A DNA stretch of 64,000 nt from Pseudomonadota bacterium. Lineage in GTDB: Bacteria > Pseudomonadota > Alphaproteobacteria > UBA1280 > JAAZVW01. The translations under genes were made by a program, and so were the position numbers. Positions 47,341 to 56,869 of this stretch are shown here, piece by piece (the first letter of the stretch is position 1; each line of letters begins with the position of its first letter). The notes beneath the pieces were generated by a model. It was not told the origin of the DNA. It worked only from the letters and a program-made list of their open reading frames with translations, and did no database searches. The DNA lies in NCBI GenBank assembly GCA_018623135.1, contig JAAZVW010000001.1, positions 23,024 through 87,023 on the forward strand, given 5' to 3'.

Positions 47341-47718
47341 TTAGACGCCAAAAGAGTTACCGCACCCACAGCTAGATGTTGCGTTTGGGTTGTTGATGAC
47401 AAATTGAGAGGCTTCTAATGTTTCAATAAAATCAATTTCGGAGCCTTTGATAAGCTCGTAAGAAATGGCATCAACAAGTAAAATAGCATCACCATTTTTG
47501 ATTTCTATATCTGCAGGGCCTTTTTTATCTTCAAATTTGAAAGAGTATGAATAACCATTGCATCCGCCACTTAAAACAGAAACACGTAAGAAATCTGTGC
47601 CTTCTGGTTCTGTTTCCATAAGTTTTTCAATGCGACGGGCAGCAGAATCTGTTAAAACAAGATCTATTTTTATATCGTCAGAATTGGCTACTTGTGGTTC
47701 TTCAAATGTGATTTTCAT
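47341..47718 (-). CDS. erpA: iron-sulfur cluster insertion protein (HesB/IscA/ErpA family)
   Basis: VLSGGCNGYSY...CGCGNSFGV gives the three conserved Cys residues. Confidence 0.85.
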   Translation of the reverse strand: MKITFEEPQVANSDDIKIDLVLTDSAARRIEKLMETEPEGTDFLRVSVLSGGCNGYSYSFKFEDKKGPADIEIKNGDAILLVDAISYELIKGSEIDFIETLEASQFVINNPNATSSCGCGNSFGV

Positions 47719-47816
47719 AAAAATACCTAACTAAAGCTTGAAATAAAACATTATTTATACCTATTATATAAGGGATTTTTAGATCACAAACAACCACAAA
47801 TTATAAGGGGTTTATT

Positions 47817-48968
47817 ATGACCTTAGCAGAATATGCAACAGATTGGCGCAAATCTCGCGGCCGTAAATATGAAGAATCTGAATCAGCAACGCGTACGCCG
47901 TTTCAAAGAGATAGGGATCGTATTATTCATTCAGAGGCTTTCAGGCGCTTGCAATATAAAACCCAAGTATTTGTGAACCATGAAGGGGATCATTATCGTA
48001 CTCGATTAACGCATACGATTGAGGTTGCCCAAATTGCACGCTCTATTTGCCGCGCACTTAATTTAGATGAAGATTTAGGGGAGTGTATTGCTCTTGCCCA
48101 TGACTTGGGTCATCCTCCTTTTGGACATGCAGGTGAAGATGCTTTAAATGAAGTAATGAAAGACCTTGGAGGTTACCGCCACAATGAGCAAACACTACGT
48201 TTGGTTTGTGAGCTGGAAAAACGCTACCCTGGCTTTGAAGGCCTTAATTTAACATGGGAAGCAAGAGAAGGTATTGCTAAGCATAATGGCCCAATTAAAA
48301 ATAAACTAGAATTGCAAAACCCACATGTGCAAGCAGTTGAGCCCCATACTTTTGCGGGTTTAGAGGCACAGGTAGCAGCTATTTCTGACGATATTGCTTA
48401 TAATCACCATGATTTGGAAGATGGTTTAACAGGTGGCACGCTTACGTTACAGGAAGTGCGCTCTCGTTTAGCGATTTTTAATAAGTTTTATGAACAAACA
48501 GAAAAAGCTTACCCAGATGCGGACGAGTATGCTCTTATTAGAGAGTCTATTCGCCAAATGATTAATAGATGTGTTGGCGATGTTATTGCAGAAACAACAA
48601 AACGATTAGCTGAAGATAAGCCTAAATCTGTAGAAGATGTTCGTGCTAACAGCCGTCCTTTTGTTGATTTTTCTGATGAGGTTATGGCAGATATTAAAGA
48701 AATGCGTAAGTTCTTATTCCACCGTATGTATCGTCATTATCGTTTAAATAGAATGTCTTTAAAAGCGCACCGTGTTGTTAAATCATTATTTGAAACTTTT
48801 ATGGAACACCGTAGGTGTTTGCCGCATGAAATTCAACATCATCTACCAGAAGACAAGTTTGATGAAGTTGGTAAAGCTAAAGAAATTTGCGACTATATTA
48901 GCATGATGACAGATAGAACGGCTAAACAAGAGTATGAAAAGCTGTTTGATCTTTCTACGCGTACGTAA
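47817..48968 (+). CDS. dgt: dGTP triphosphohydrolase-like HD-domain protein
   Basis: FQRDRDRIIHSEAFRRLQYKTQV...RLTHTIEVAQIARSI...HDLGHPPFGH matches the dGTPase family. Confidence 0.85.
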   Translation: MTLAEYATDWRKSRGRKYEESESATRTPFQRDRDRIIHSEAFRRLQYKTQVFVNHEGDHYRTRLTHTIEVAQIARSICRALNLDEDLGECIALAHDLGHPPFGHAGEDALNEVMKDLGGYRHNEQTLRLVCELEKRYPGFEGLNLTWEAREGIAKHNGPIKNKLELQNPHVQAVEPHTFAGLEAQVAAISDDIAYNHHDLEDGLTGGTLTLQEVRSRLAIFNKFYEQTEKAYPDADEYALIRESIRQMINRCVGDVIAETTKRLAEDKPKSVEDVRANSRPFVDFSDEVMADIKEMRKFLFHRMYRHYRLNRMSLKAHRVVKSLFETFMEHRRCLPHEIQHHLPEDKFDEVGKAKEICDYISMMTDRTAKQEYEKLFDLSTRT

Positions 48969-48977
48969 TTTGAAAAG

Positions 48978-49646
48978 ATGCTAAATAAAATACAATCTTT
49001 TGCTGTAAATACGTTGAGCCGTGTCTTAAATAAAGATGCGGCTTCTCTTTGTTCTGAAATAGAATTTAAAGTAAAAGATGGTCGATATTGCTTTTATATA
49101 GCGCATTTGTTTACGGAACCAACACAACAAAAAATCTATGTTGAAGAGCTTATTAAAAACGCATTTATACAAGAGGTTGTTGTTTTAAAAGGCTTTATTA
49201 ATATAACTTTCTCTGAAATCTTTTTCCAAGATGTACTTGATCAGGCTTTTAGGCAAGGGTTAGGTCGTATGGCATCTGTTTCTTTTAGTGAAACATTGTA
49301 TCAAAAACTCTTATTACAAACGGGTAATGAAGAGTTATCTTATAAACTTACATTTTTTATGTATCGACTAGAGCTTATTCTTACCTCTTATAATTTTATC
49401 CATGAAGATTTTCAAAGCATAATGGTACCAGAGGCTTTAAAAGCTTTTCTTATTGAAGTTATCTATCGTTGTAATCGTATAGAAAAAGCGCATGATTTAT
49501 CTGAAAATAGGATAAATACTCTAAATTATATTTCTAATGTATTTAATCAGAAATATTTATACGAAACAAAGGATCAGCAAAGTTTAATTTTTTATTGTGT
49601 TGCTAAGTTTATTTATAAAAGTTTTGCTTTAAATAATACAGAATAA
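48978..49646 (+). CDS. truncated arginyl-tRNA synthetase-like protein (N-terminal add-1-like domain plus a C-terminal helical region; catalytic core absent); possible argS remnant or pseudogene
   Basis: KVKDGRYCFYIAHLFTE...VVVLKGFINITFSEIFFQDVLDQAF resembles the ArgS N-terminal domain (..GPGFINIFL..). It occupies the syntenic argS position between dgt and the SPOR protein but encodes only 222 aa. Confidence 0.4.
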   Translation: MLNKIQSFAVNTLSRVLNKDAASLCSEIEFKVKDGRYCFYIAHLFTEPTQQKIYVEELIKNAFIQEVVVLKGFINITFSEIFFQDVLDQAFRQGLGRMASVSFSETLYQKLLLQTGNEELSYKLTFFMYRLELILTSYNFIHEDFQSIMVPEALKAFLIEVIYRCNRIEKAHDLSENRINTLNYISNVFNQKYLYETKDQQSLIFYCVAKFIYKSFALNNTE

Positions 49647-49737
49647 GGCCGTTTGAACTTTACACTTTTTAAGTGAGGTGCTAATCTACAGCTTGTATAG
49701 AATTTAATAGAAACAAAAATAAAGAAGGTGACAAAAG

Positions 49738-50556
49738 ATGCGCCACTCTAAGTACGCAGCTTATGCAAAAAATACAAAACCTTATGCCATGTTTAAACGC
49801 GGCGCTTTGCTTGTTGCATTTGCAGGTTTTGTAAGTTTGATCTGGTACACAACAGCCAAAAAAGATGATATTGAATCTGAATTTCTTGAGCCTCCTCTCG
49901 TGAAAGCGCCACAAATGGCCTATAAGGAACGTGCAGAAGATGAGGGCGGTATGAAAGTGCCAAATAGAGATAAGCAGGTGTTTGACCTTTTAAATGCTGT
50001 TTCTGATAAGGTTGATGTGAATTCACCTGAAGCTCAAGAGCAAATTAAACAAGCAGAAGAAAAGCAAAAAGAACTAGCTGCGCAACAAGCTAAGTTGGAT
50101 GCTGAAGCAAAAGCTTTAAAAGAAAAGCAAGCGCAAGAAAAGGCAAAAGCAGTCGCCGCTATGGAAAAAGCGAAAGCAGATGCTAAAAAAGCTGCCGAGT
50201 TAGCTAAATCTGCTGTGGTGACAGAAACGAAAAAAACATCAGAAAAAGTCGCTAAAGTTGTCAATAAAGCAGAGGAAAAAGTAAAAGAATCTGCTAAAAC
50301 TTTAACGGTTGAATATGGTATCCAAATGGGTTCATATCGCAATGCTGCAGATGCAGAACGTGCGAATGATTACTATCGTAAAAAATTCCCAGATGTTCTG
50401 AAAAATATACCGAGCACAGTTAAACGTGTTGATCTGGGCGCTAAAGGTGTTTATTACCGTGCTTACATGAGCGGTTACCCTGATAAAGCATCTGCTAAGG
50501 CGGACTGTGATAAGCTTAAAGCGTTAGGGCATAATTGTTTCTATGCTAAACTCTAG
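49738..50556 (+). CDS. SPOR-domain protein (septal peptidoglycan binding), Lys/Ala-rich coiled linker
   Basis: N-terminal TM. C-terminal SPOR domain YGIQMGSYRNAADAERANDYYRKKFPDV...VYYRAYMSGYPDKASAKADCDKLKALGHNCF. Confidence 0.75.
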   Translation: MRHSKYAAYAKNTKPYAMFKRGALLVAFAGFVSLIWYTTAKKDDIESEFLEPPLVKAPQMAYKERAEDEGGMKVPNRDKQVFDLLNAVSDKVDVNSPEAQEQIKQAEEKQKELAAQQAKLDAEAKALKEKQAQEKAKAVAAMEKAKADAKKAAELAKSAVVTETKKTSEKVAKVVNKAEEKVKESAKTLTVEYGIQMGSYRNAADAERANDYYRKKFPDVLKNIPSTVKRVDLGAKGVYYRAYMSGYPDKASAKADCDKLKALGHNCFYAKL

Positions 50557-51607
50557 GCCTATTTCTCCTTTTATTGTTGCTGTACCTGGACCAGAGCTTG
50601 ATGCACGCACAAAAGAAGCTATAGATAAACTCCGCCCAGCGGGGTTTATCCTCTTTGGTTGGAACTGTAAAGAGCATGCTCAGCTAGAAAAACTTGTTGC
50701 TGAGCTTAAGGAGCTAAGCCCTTTTGCAACACCTCTTATTCTGATTGATGAAGAAGGTGGCCGCGTACGCCGTATTAAGTGGACGCCTTATCAGGCACCA
50801 GCAGCAGAAAAAATAGGTAATCTTTATAATAAAGACCCTAAAATAGCTGTGCGTGCTGCAATGCTTAATGGCTTTTTAACTGCAGCTCAATTGCTTAGTT
50901 ATGGTATTACTTGTACTTGCGCACCTGTTGCTGATGTTAAGTTCCCTGAAACAGATGATGTCATTGGAAATCGTTCTTTTGGATCAGACCCTGAAAAAGT
51001 AGGGCACCTTTGTGGGGCAACAATTTCTGGCTTACTAGCAGGTGGGGTCTGGCCAGTTATTAAGCATGCGCCAGGGCATGGGCGAGCAATGGCAGACTCT
51101 CATAAAGAATTACCAGTTGTAGATGCAATGGCAGGACAGCTTGTTAAGGTTGACTTTAAACCTTTTGAAATGAATGCGGCGGTGCCTTTTGTTATGACAG
51201 CGCATGTTAAATATACGGCATTAGATGCTGAAAATTGTGCAACTCAATCAGCTAAAATAATTCAGATGATGAAAGAAGATATTGGCCTTGAAGGACTAAT
51301 TGTAAGCGATGATCTTACAATGGGCGCTCTTGAAGGTGATATTATTAGTCGAGCAGAAAAATCGTTAAATGCTGGCTGTGACTTGTTATTATATTGCCGT
51401 GGGGACTTGTTCTTAAATGAACTTACAGAAGAAGCCCTTGAAAGTTATTATAATGATTTAAGTGCTCTTTCTGGTAAATTTGAACTTAGCGGTAAAGCAC
51501 ATGCTAAAATACAAAAATTGCCAGCGCTTATGCCACCTAACCCCGATGTTCTTAAAGATTCATATAGAGAATTACTCCAAATTTATGCAGAAAACGGGAT
51601 CGCCTAG
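50543..51607 (+). CDS. nagZ: beta-N-acetylhexosaminidase NagZ (GH3)
   Basis: LILIDEEGGRVRRI and HAPGHGRAMADSH are GH3 NagZ motifs. Confidence 0.8.
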   Translation: MLNSRPISPFIVAVPGPELDARTKEAIDKLRPAGFILFGWNCKEHAQLEKLVAELKELSPFATPLILIDEEGGRVRRIKWTPYQAPAAEKIGNLYNKDPKIAVRAAMLNGFLTAAQLLSYGITCTCAPVADVKFPETDDVIGNRSFGSDPEKVGHLCGATISGLLAGGVWPVIKHAPGHGRAMADSHKELPVVDAMAGQLVKVDFKPFEMNAAVPFVMTAHVKYTALDAENCATQSAKIIQMMKEDIGLEGLIVSDDLTMGALEGDIISRAEKSLNAGCDLLLYCRGDLFLNELTEEALESYYNDLSALSGKFELSGKAHAKIQKLPALMPPNPDVLKDSYRELLQIYAENGIA

Positions 51608-51610
51608 TTA

Positions 51611-52258
51611 ATGGATATACATAGCATTTTACAAACTATTAGTATTGTATCTATTCCATTAGTGCTTGCAATTACATTGCATGAGGCCGCTCATGGTTAC
51701 ATGGCAAAAAAATGTGGTGATAATACAGCAGAAATGATGGGTAGGCTTACCCTTAACCCTGTTAAACATATAGACCCTATTGGTACTATTTTAATTCCGG
51801 CGGTACTGTTATTTACAGGAGCAGGCTTTTTGTTTGGTTATGCCAAACCAGTACCAGTTAATTTTAACAGATTAAGAGATATTAAATGGGATTCTATTAA
51901 AGTTGCACTTGCAGGCCCGGGGGTTAATCTGTTTTTGGCAATATTATCTGTTTTACTTATGAATTTTGTTACTTTTTTTCCTGAGTATATAGCAGAACCT
52001 CTTGTGCAAATACTGTTGTTTTCAGTTCAAATTAATGTAATTTTAATGGTATTTAACCTGCTTCCTTTATTGCCTTTAGATGGCGGACGTGTTTTGCATG
52101 CTTTATTACCAGAACCCTTTCAATCCAAATTTGGCCAGACAGAGCCTTTTGGTATGTTTATTCTTTTGGGCTTAATGTTTTTAGGTCTTTTGTTTACAAT
52201 TATTCAGCCACTGTATATATTTACAGTGAATATTTTACAAAATTTAGTTTTTGTTTAA
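51611..52258 (+). CDS. site-2 protease family zinc metalloprotease (peptidase M50)
   Basis: HExxH motif in LHEAAHGYMA, multi-TM, and LDGGRV downstream. Confidence 0.75.
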   Translation: MDIHSILQTISIVSIPLVLAITLHEAAHGYMAKKCGDNTAEMMGRLTLNPVKHIDPIGTILIPAVLLFTGAGFLFGYAKPVPVNFNRLRDIKWDSIKVALAGPGVNLFLAILSVLLMNFVTFFPEYIAEPLVQILLFSVQINVILMVFNLLPLLPLDGGRVLHALLPEPFQSKFGQTEPFGMFILLGLMFLGLLFTIIQPLYIFTVNILQNLVFV

Positions 52259-52277
52259 ATGAGCAGAGGTCTAGCTT

Positions 52278-53087
52278 ATGAAACTATTAATTATGTCTCT
52301 TATTACGCCACCGGGAATTTCTATTTTCCTATGTCTTTTGGCGCTTTACTTTTTTGGCTATAAACGTAAGCTTTCTGCCTATTTATTATTGGCTGCAATT
52401 GTTTTTGGTTGGGTGTTTTCAACTTCAGCAATGGGGCGTTTGCTGGCGACAGGCTTAATAGCACATACTCCAACACAGCCAACATACGAGCGTTTAAGGC
52501 GTATGGATTTAGATATGATTATTGTGCTGACGCGTGGTAATACCCTAACGGGTTCAGGCGAGTGGATTCCTTCTGCTGATACGTACCAGCGTGTGGCACA
52601 GTCATTTGAAATTCAGGATAAAGTAAGCTCACGCGTGCCGGTGCTTATTTCTGGTGGTAAAACCTATGGTCACAGGTATCCCTCAGAGGCGGCTGTAGCT
52701 AAGAATTACTTTACAAGATCTCGCGCACAAGTAACTCCTGTATTAATAGAAGAGACCTCTTTAAACACAAAAGAAAGCGCGCTTGAAGTTTCTCGTATTT
52801 TGAAAGAAAATGTAGCAAAAGATGTGCTTTTAGTCACAGATGAACTGCATATGTTAAGGTCTTTAGCGGCTTATAGAGCGCGTGGCATTAACCCAATTGC
52901 CTACCCAGTTTATGTGTTGCAACGTGGCGAAATGGGGCTTGCAGATTATTTGCCAAGCTGGCGTGGTGTTACGTTAAATGCTAAAGTATTAAGAGAAATT
53001 TACGGTATTGCAGGTTATGTGCTTTCTGGAGATATGCGCTTAGCTGATGTTTTTGATGATGGTGTTGTACCAGTTATTGTAAAGTAA
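52278..53087 (+). CDS. DUF218/YdcF (ElyC)-family membrane-associated protein
   Basis: N-terminal TMs and the DUF218 core (...LLVTDELHMLRSLAAYRARG...). Confidence 0.6.
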   Translation: MKLLIMSLITPPGISIFLCLLALYFFGYKRKLSAYLLLAAIVFGWVFSTSAMGRLLATGLIAHTPTQPTYERLRRMDLDMIIVLTRGNTLTGSGEWIPSADTYQRVAQSFEIQDKVSSRVPVLISGGKTYGHRYPSEAAVAKNYFTRSRAQVTPVLIEETSLNTKESALEVSRILKENVAKDVLLVTDELHMLRSLAAYRARGINPIAYPVYVLQRGEMGLADYLPSWRGVTLNAKVLREIYGIAGYVLSGDMRLADVFDDGVVPVIVK

Positions 53088-53099
53088 AGGAGTAACCAG

Positions 53100-53300
53100 A
53101 TGTTTGGTTCTACTGAGTTAATTATTATCCTTATTATTGTATTTGTTATTTTTGGTGCAGGTAAACTGCCAAAAGTAATGGGGGACTTTGGTAAGGGTGT
53201 GTCTTCTTTTAAAAAAGGTATGAAAGAAGAGGGTTCTGCACCTGAGAACAAACAAGAATCTCTTTCAGAACAAACAGATTCAGATAAAAAAGAAGGTTAA
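53100..53300 (+). CDS. tatA: twin-arginine translocase TatA
   Basis: [40 protein letters not shown]. Confidence 0.9.
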   Translation: MFGSTELIIILIIVFVIFGAGKLPKVMGDFGKGVSSFKKGMKEEGSAPENKQESLSEQTDSDKKEG

Positions 53301-53306
53301 CTCCCT

Positions 53307-53489
53307 TTGTTTAATATCGGTCTTGTAGAACTTTTTATTATTATGGTTATTGCCACTATTTTTGTTGGCCCTGAACGTATACCCGAAGTGGCGCGCCAGT
53401 TAGGTAAATTTAGCCGTAAAGTTAAAGGTTTTATGAGAGAACTCACAGAGTCTGACCCTTTAAAAGATGATGATGTTGCTGGGAAATAA
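53307..53489 (+). CDS. tatB: twin-arginine translocase TatB (short form, TTG start)
   Basis: (M)FNIGLVELFIIMVIATIFVGPERIPEVARQLGKFSRKVKGF. It sits between tatA and tatC and is only 60 aa. Confidence 0.65.
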   Translation: MFNIGLVELFIIMVIATIFVGPERIPEVARQLGKFSRKVKGFMRELTESDPLKDDDVAGK

Positions 53490-54226
53490 TGATGGAAGCA
53501 ACTTCTCTTTCTTCTCATTTTAAAGAACTTAAAAGCCGCTTGGTTAAAATGATTTTGGCGATTATTATCGCTTTTTCTGCCTGCTATTATTTTATTGAGC
53601 CTCTTTTTTCTATTTTACTCTGGCCTCTTGATATTGCCCAAAACGCAAAACCAAATCTTATTTTTACAGAGGTTCATGAAGCTTTTTTCACACAAATAAA
53701 ATTAGCTTTTATTTTAGCTCTTTATGTGGCGATGCCAGTTGTTTTTTATCAGCTATGGGCTTTTGTTTCCCCTGGATTGTATAAAGAAGAAAAAACTTTT
53801 GCTTGGCCGATGATGTTTTTGGCGCCTGTTTTGTTTTATGCAGGCGGTGCTGTTTGTTTTTACTTTGTGTTGCCGGTTGTTATAGAATTCTTTTTTGCTT
53901 TTCAGACCGAGCTTGTAACGGCCTTACCGACAATGAAAGCTTATTTAAATTTTTGTACAAAGCTTTGTTTTGCCTTTGGCTTGGCTTTTCAATTGCCATT
54001 GGTTCTTATAGTTCTTTTAAAAATGGCTGTGATTTCAGTTGCTAAGCTTAATTATTTTAGGCGTTATGCTATTTTGATTATTTTTGTTTTTGCGGCTATT
54101 TTTACACCGCCAGACCCAACATCTCAATTGCTTCTTGCAATCCCTATGTGGCTTTTATATGAAGTCTCAATCCTCTTTGGATATTTTATTGAAAAAAGAC
54201 GCCAAGTGACTAGCGAATCCGCATAA
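53489..54226 (+). CDS. tatC: twin-arginine translocase TatC
   Basis: Six-TM TatC pattern (HFKELKSRLVK...). The start overlaps the tatB stop. Confidence 0.9.
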   Translation: MMEATSLSSHFKELKSRLVKMILAIIIAFSACYYFIEPLFSILLWPLDIAQNAKPNLIFTEVHEAFFTQIKLAFILALYVAMPVVFYQLWAFVSPGLYKEEKTFAWPMMFLAPVLFYAGGAVCFYFVLPVVIEFFFAFQTELVTALPTMKAYLNFCTKLCFAFGLAFQLPLVLIVLLKMAVISVAKLNYFRRYAILIIFVFAAIFTPPDPTSQLLLAIPMWLLYEVSILFGYFIEKRRQVTSESA

Positions 54227-54302
54227 TATTTGGTAGTATCTTTCTTTAAGATGAAATCAGAATAATTTCTTCAAAATACAGCGTAAAAAGAGATAAAAAA
54301 TA

Positions 54303-55571
54303 ATGTTAGATATTAAACTTATTCGTGAAAATCCAGAAGTACTGGATAATGCTCTTAAAGCTCGTGGTGCAGAACCAAAAGCTCAAGAGTTACTTGCTTT
54401 AGATGAAAAACGTCGTCAAGTTATGACAGACTTACAGGAGCTGCAACAGCGCCGCAACGAAATTTCATCCTTAGTAGGTAGCCTTAAAGCTAAAGGTGAA
54501 GATGCCTCTCATTTATTTGAAGAAATGAAAACTATTGGCCCTAAAATGAAAGATCTTCAAGAAGTAGAGCGCCAAGCGCAAGAAGATTTTACAGGCTTAC
54601 TTGAAGGTTTGCCTAATATTCAGGATGCAGATACACCAGAAGGGCAAGATGAAGAAAACAACGTTGTTGTGCATACATATGGTGAGCCAACTTCTTTTGA
54701 TTTTGAGCCAAAAGCCCATTATGATTTAGGTGAAGAATTAAACCAAATGAGCACAGAACTAGGTGCTAAAATCGCAGGTAGCCGTTTCACATGGCTGCAG
54801 GGTGATATTGCACGCCTAGAACGTGCTTTAGGCCAATATATGCTAAATAAACAAACAGAGCAAAATGGCTATACAGAAGTAAACCCACCACTTATGTGTA
54901 ATGCAGATTCTATGTATGCTGTTGGGCAACTTCCTAAGTTTGAAGAAGATTTATTTAAAACAGCGGAAGGCTATTACTTGCTACCAACGGCAGAAGCGCC
55001 ACTTACAAACTACGCACGTAATGAAATTTTTTCAGAAAAAGATTTACCAATTCAGTTAACGGCACTGACACCTTGCTTCCGTTCTGAAGCAGGCTCTGCT
55101 GGTCGAGATACGCGTGGTTACTTACGTCAACACCAGTTCATGAAAGTAGAAATGGTTTGGTTTGTAAAACCAGAAGATTCTATGGAAATTCATGAAAAAA
55201 TGCGCCGTCATGCAGAAGAAATTTTGGAAGACCTTAAACTACCATATCGTACAGTGCGTTTGTGTGCGGGAGACCTTTCTGCCAATGCGCGCCGTTGTTA
55301 TGATTTAGAAGTTTGGTTACCAGCTCAAAATAAATACCGTGAAATTTCTTCTTGCTCTAACTTTGGTGATTTCCAAGCACGACGTATGAAAGCACGCTAC
55401 CGTGATGAAGAGCGTAATACACAGTTTATTCATACACTAAACGGTTCTGGTTTAGCTGTGGGTCGTACTCTTATTGCAGTTATGGAAAACTACCAACAGG
55501 CCGATGGTTCTATAAAAGTACCAGAAGTGCTTATCCCTTACATGGGTAAAGACATTATTAAGGCTTCTTAA
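54303..55571 (+). CDS. serS: seryl-tRNA synthetase
   Basis: MLDIKLIRENPEVLDNALKARG matches the N-terminal coiled coil. Class II motifs are present. The protein is 422 aa. Confidence 0.9.
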   Translation: MLDIKLIRENPEVLDNALKARGAEPKAQELLALDEKRRQVMTDLQELQQRRNEISSLVGSLKAKGEDASHLFEEMKTIGPKMKDLQEVERQAQEDFTGLLEGLPNIQDADTPEGQDEENNVVVHTYGEPTSFDFEPKAHYDLGEELNQMSTELGAKIAGSRFTWLQGDIARLERALGQYMLNKQTEQNGYTEVNPPLMCNADSMYAVGQLPKFEEDLFKTAEGYYLLPTAEAPLTNYARNEIFSEKDLPIQLTALTPCFRSEAGSAGRDTRGYLRQHQFMKVEMVWFVKPEDSMEIHEKMRRHAEEILEDLKLPYRTVRLCAGDLSANARRCYDLEVWLPAQNKYREISSCSNFGDFQARRMKARYRDEERNTQFIHTLNGSGLAVGRTLIAVMENYQQADGSIKVPEVLIPYMGKDIIKAS

Positions 55572-55574
55572 AAA

Positions 55575-56258
55575 ATGACATCGAGACTTTCACGCGCACG
55601 CCATAAACTACTTACAGAGCTTCAAAGCCATGGCTTAGATAATAACGTTGTGTTAGATGCAATGGATTCTGTTGCGCGTGAAAGTTTTGTTGCAGGCTCC
55701 TTTGAAGAAGAAGCTTACGCAGATAAATGCTTCCCAATAGGGCATCAGCAAACGATCTCATCGCCTTATGTAGTGGGGTGGATGACACATAAATTGGATG
55801 TTCAAAAAACACATAAAGTCCTTGAAATAGGTACAGGTTCAGGTTATCAAACAGCTATTTTATGTAAACTTGCTCGTCGTGTTTATACTGTTGAGCGTGT
55901 GGAGTCTCTTTCCCAATCTGCTGAAAAACGTTTGCATGCTATGGGGTTCTTTAACTTTTCCACAGAAGTGGGTGATGGCTCATTAGGGTGGAAAAATCAA
56001 GCACCTTTTGATCGTATTATGGTAACAGCAACAAGCCCAACTGTGCCCCAAAACCTTATAGATCAGCTAGCGCCTACAGGCATTATGGTTATTCCTGTAG
56101 GGCATTCAGATGATACTGATCAGCGTTTAATGAAAATTACTAAAGATGAAGAAGGCCAAGTAACGCAAGAGTTGCTTGGTTATGTTAAATTTGTGCCACT
56201 TGTTGGTGAACAAGGGCATACAGATAAAGACCTAAAATCCAGCGTAAGGAGTTCTTAA
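55575..56258 (+). CDS. pcm: protein-L-isoaspartate O-methyltransferase
   Basis: VLEIGTGSGYQTAIL, the SAM-binding PCMT signature, in the conserved serS-pcm-nlpD context. Confidence 0.85.
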   Translation: MTSRLSRARHKLLTELQSHGLDNNVVLDAMDSVARESFVAGSFEEEAYADKCFPIGHQQTISSPYVVGWMTHKLDVQKTHKVLEIGTGSGYQTAILCKLARRVYTVERVESLSQSAEKRLHAMGFFNFSTEVGDGSLGWKNQAPFDRIMVTATSPTVPQNLIDQLAPTGIMVIPVGHSDDTDQRLMKITKDEEGQVTQELLGYVKFVPLVGEQGHTDKDLKSSVRSS

Positions 56259-56263
56259 AGGTT

Positions 56264-56851
56264 ATGATCAAACAACTTTATGATATGGTGCTTAAGCTAG
56301 CAAGTCACCCTCGTGCAGAGATGTGGCTATTTATTGTTGCCTTTGCAGAATCTTCTTTCTTCCCAATTCCACCTGATGTATTGCTTATCCCTATGTGTTT
56401 AGTTGCCTTTAATAAGGCTTTTAGGTATGCGGCCGTTTGTACTGTAGGTTCTGTTTTAGGTGGTGTGTTTGGTTACGCAATTGGTCGTGTATTCTTTGAT
56501 AGCGCAGGTGCTGCTGTAATTGATATTTACGGCATTTCAGATAAATTTGCGCAATTCCAAAGTTGGTACGATGTGTATGATTGGGCGATTATAGCTGTTG
56601 CAGGATTCTCACCCATCCCTTATAAAATTTTCACAATTGCGAGTGGCTTTGTAGGCATGAATATCGCCACATTTGTTGGAATGTCGCTTATTTCACGTGG
56701 TTTACGCTTTTTCCTAATCGCTTGGCTATTATGGCGTGGTGGGTTACCATTTAAAGCGTGGATCGAAGATAACATGTACCCACTTACAATGGCTGCGGCG
56801 GTTGTACTTATTTTGGGTATTGTTGTTTATAATTTGGTAATGGGCGGATAA
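56264..56851 (+). CDS. DedA/YqaA-family inner membrane protein
   Basis: Multi-TM protein with DedA-like core (FFPIPPDVLLIPM). Confidence 0.55.
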   Translation: MIKQLYDMVLKLASHPRAEMWLFIVAFAESSFFPIPPDVLLIPMCLVAFNKAFRYAAVCTVGSVLGGVFGYAIGRVFFDSAGAAVIDIYGISDKFAQFQSWYDVYDWAIIAVAGFSPIPYKIFTIASGFVGMNIATFVGMSLISRGLRFFLIAWLLWRGGLPFKAWIEDNMYPLTMAAAVVLILGIVVYNLVMGG

Positions 56852-56869
56852 AAGGGAAGTATAAAAAAT

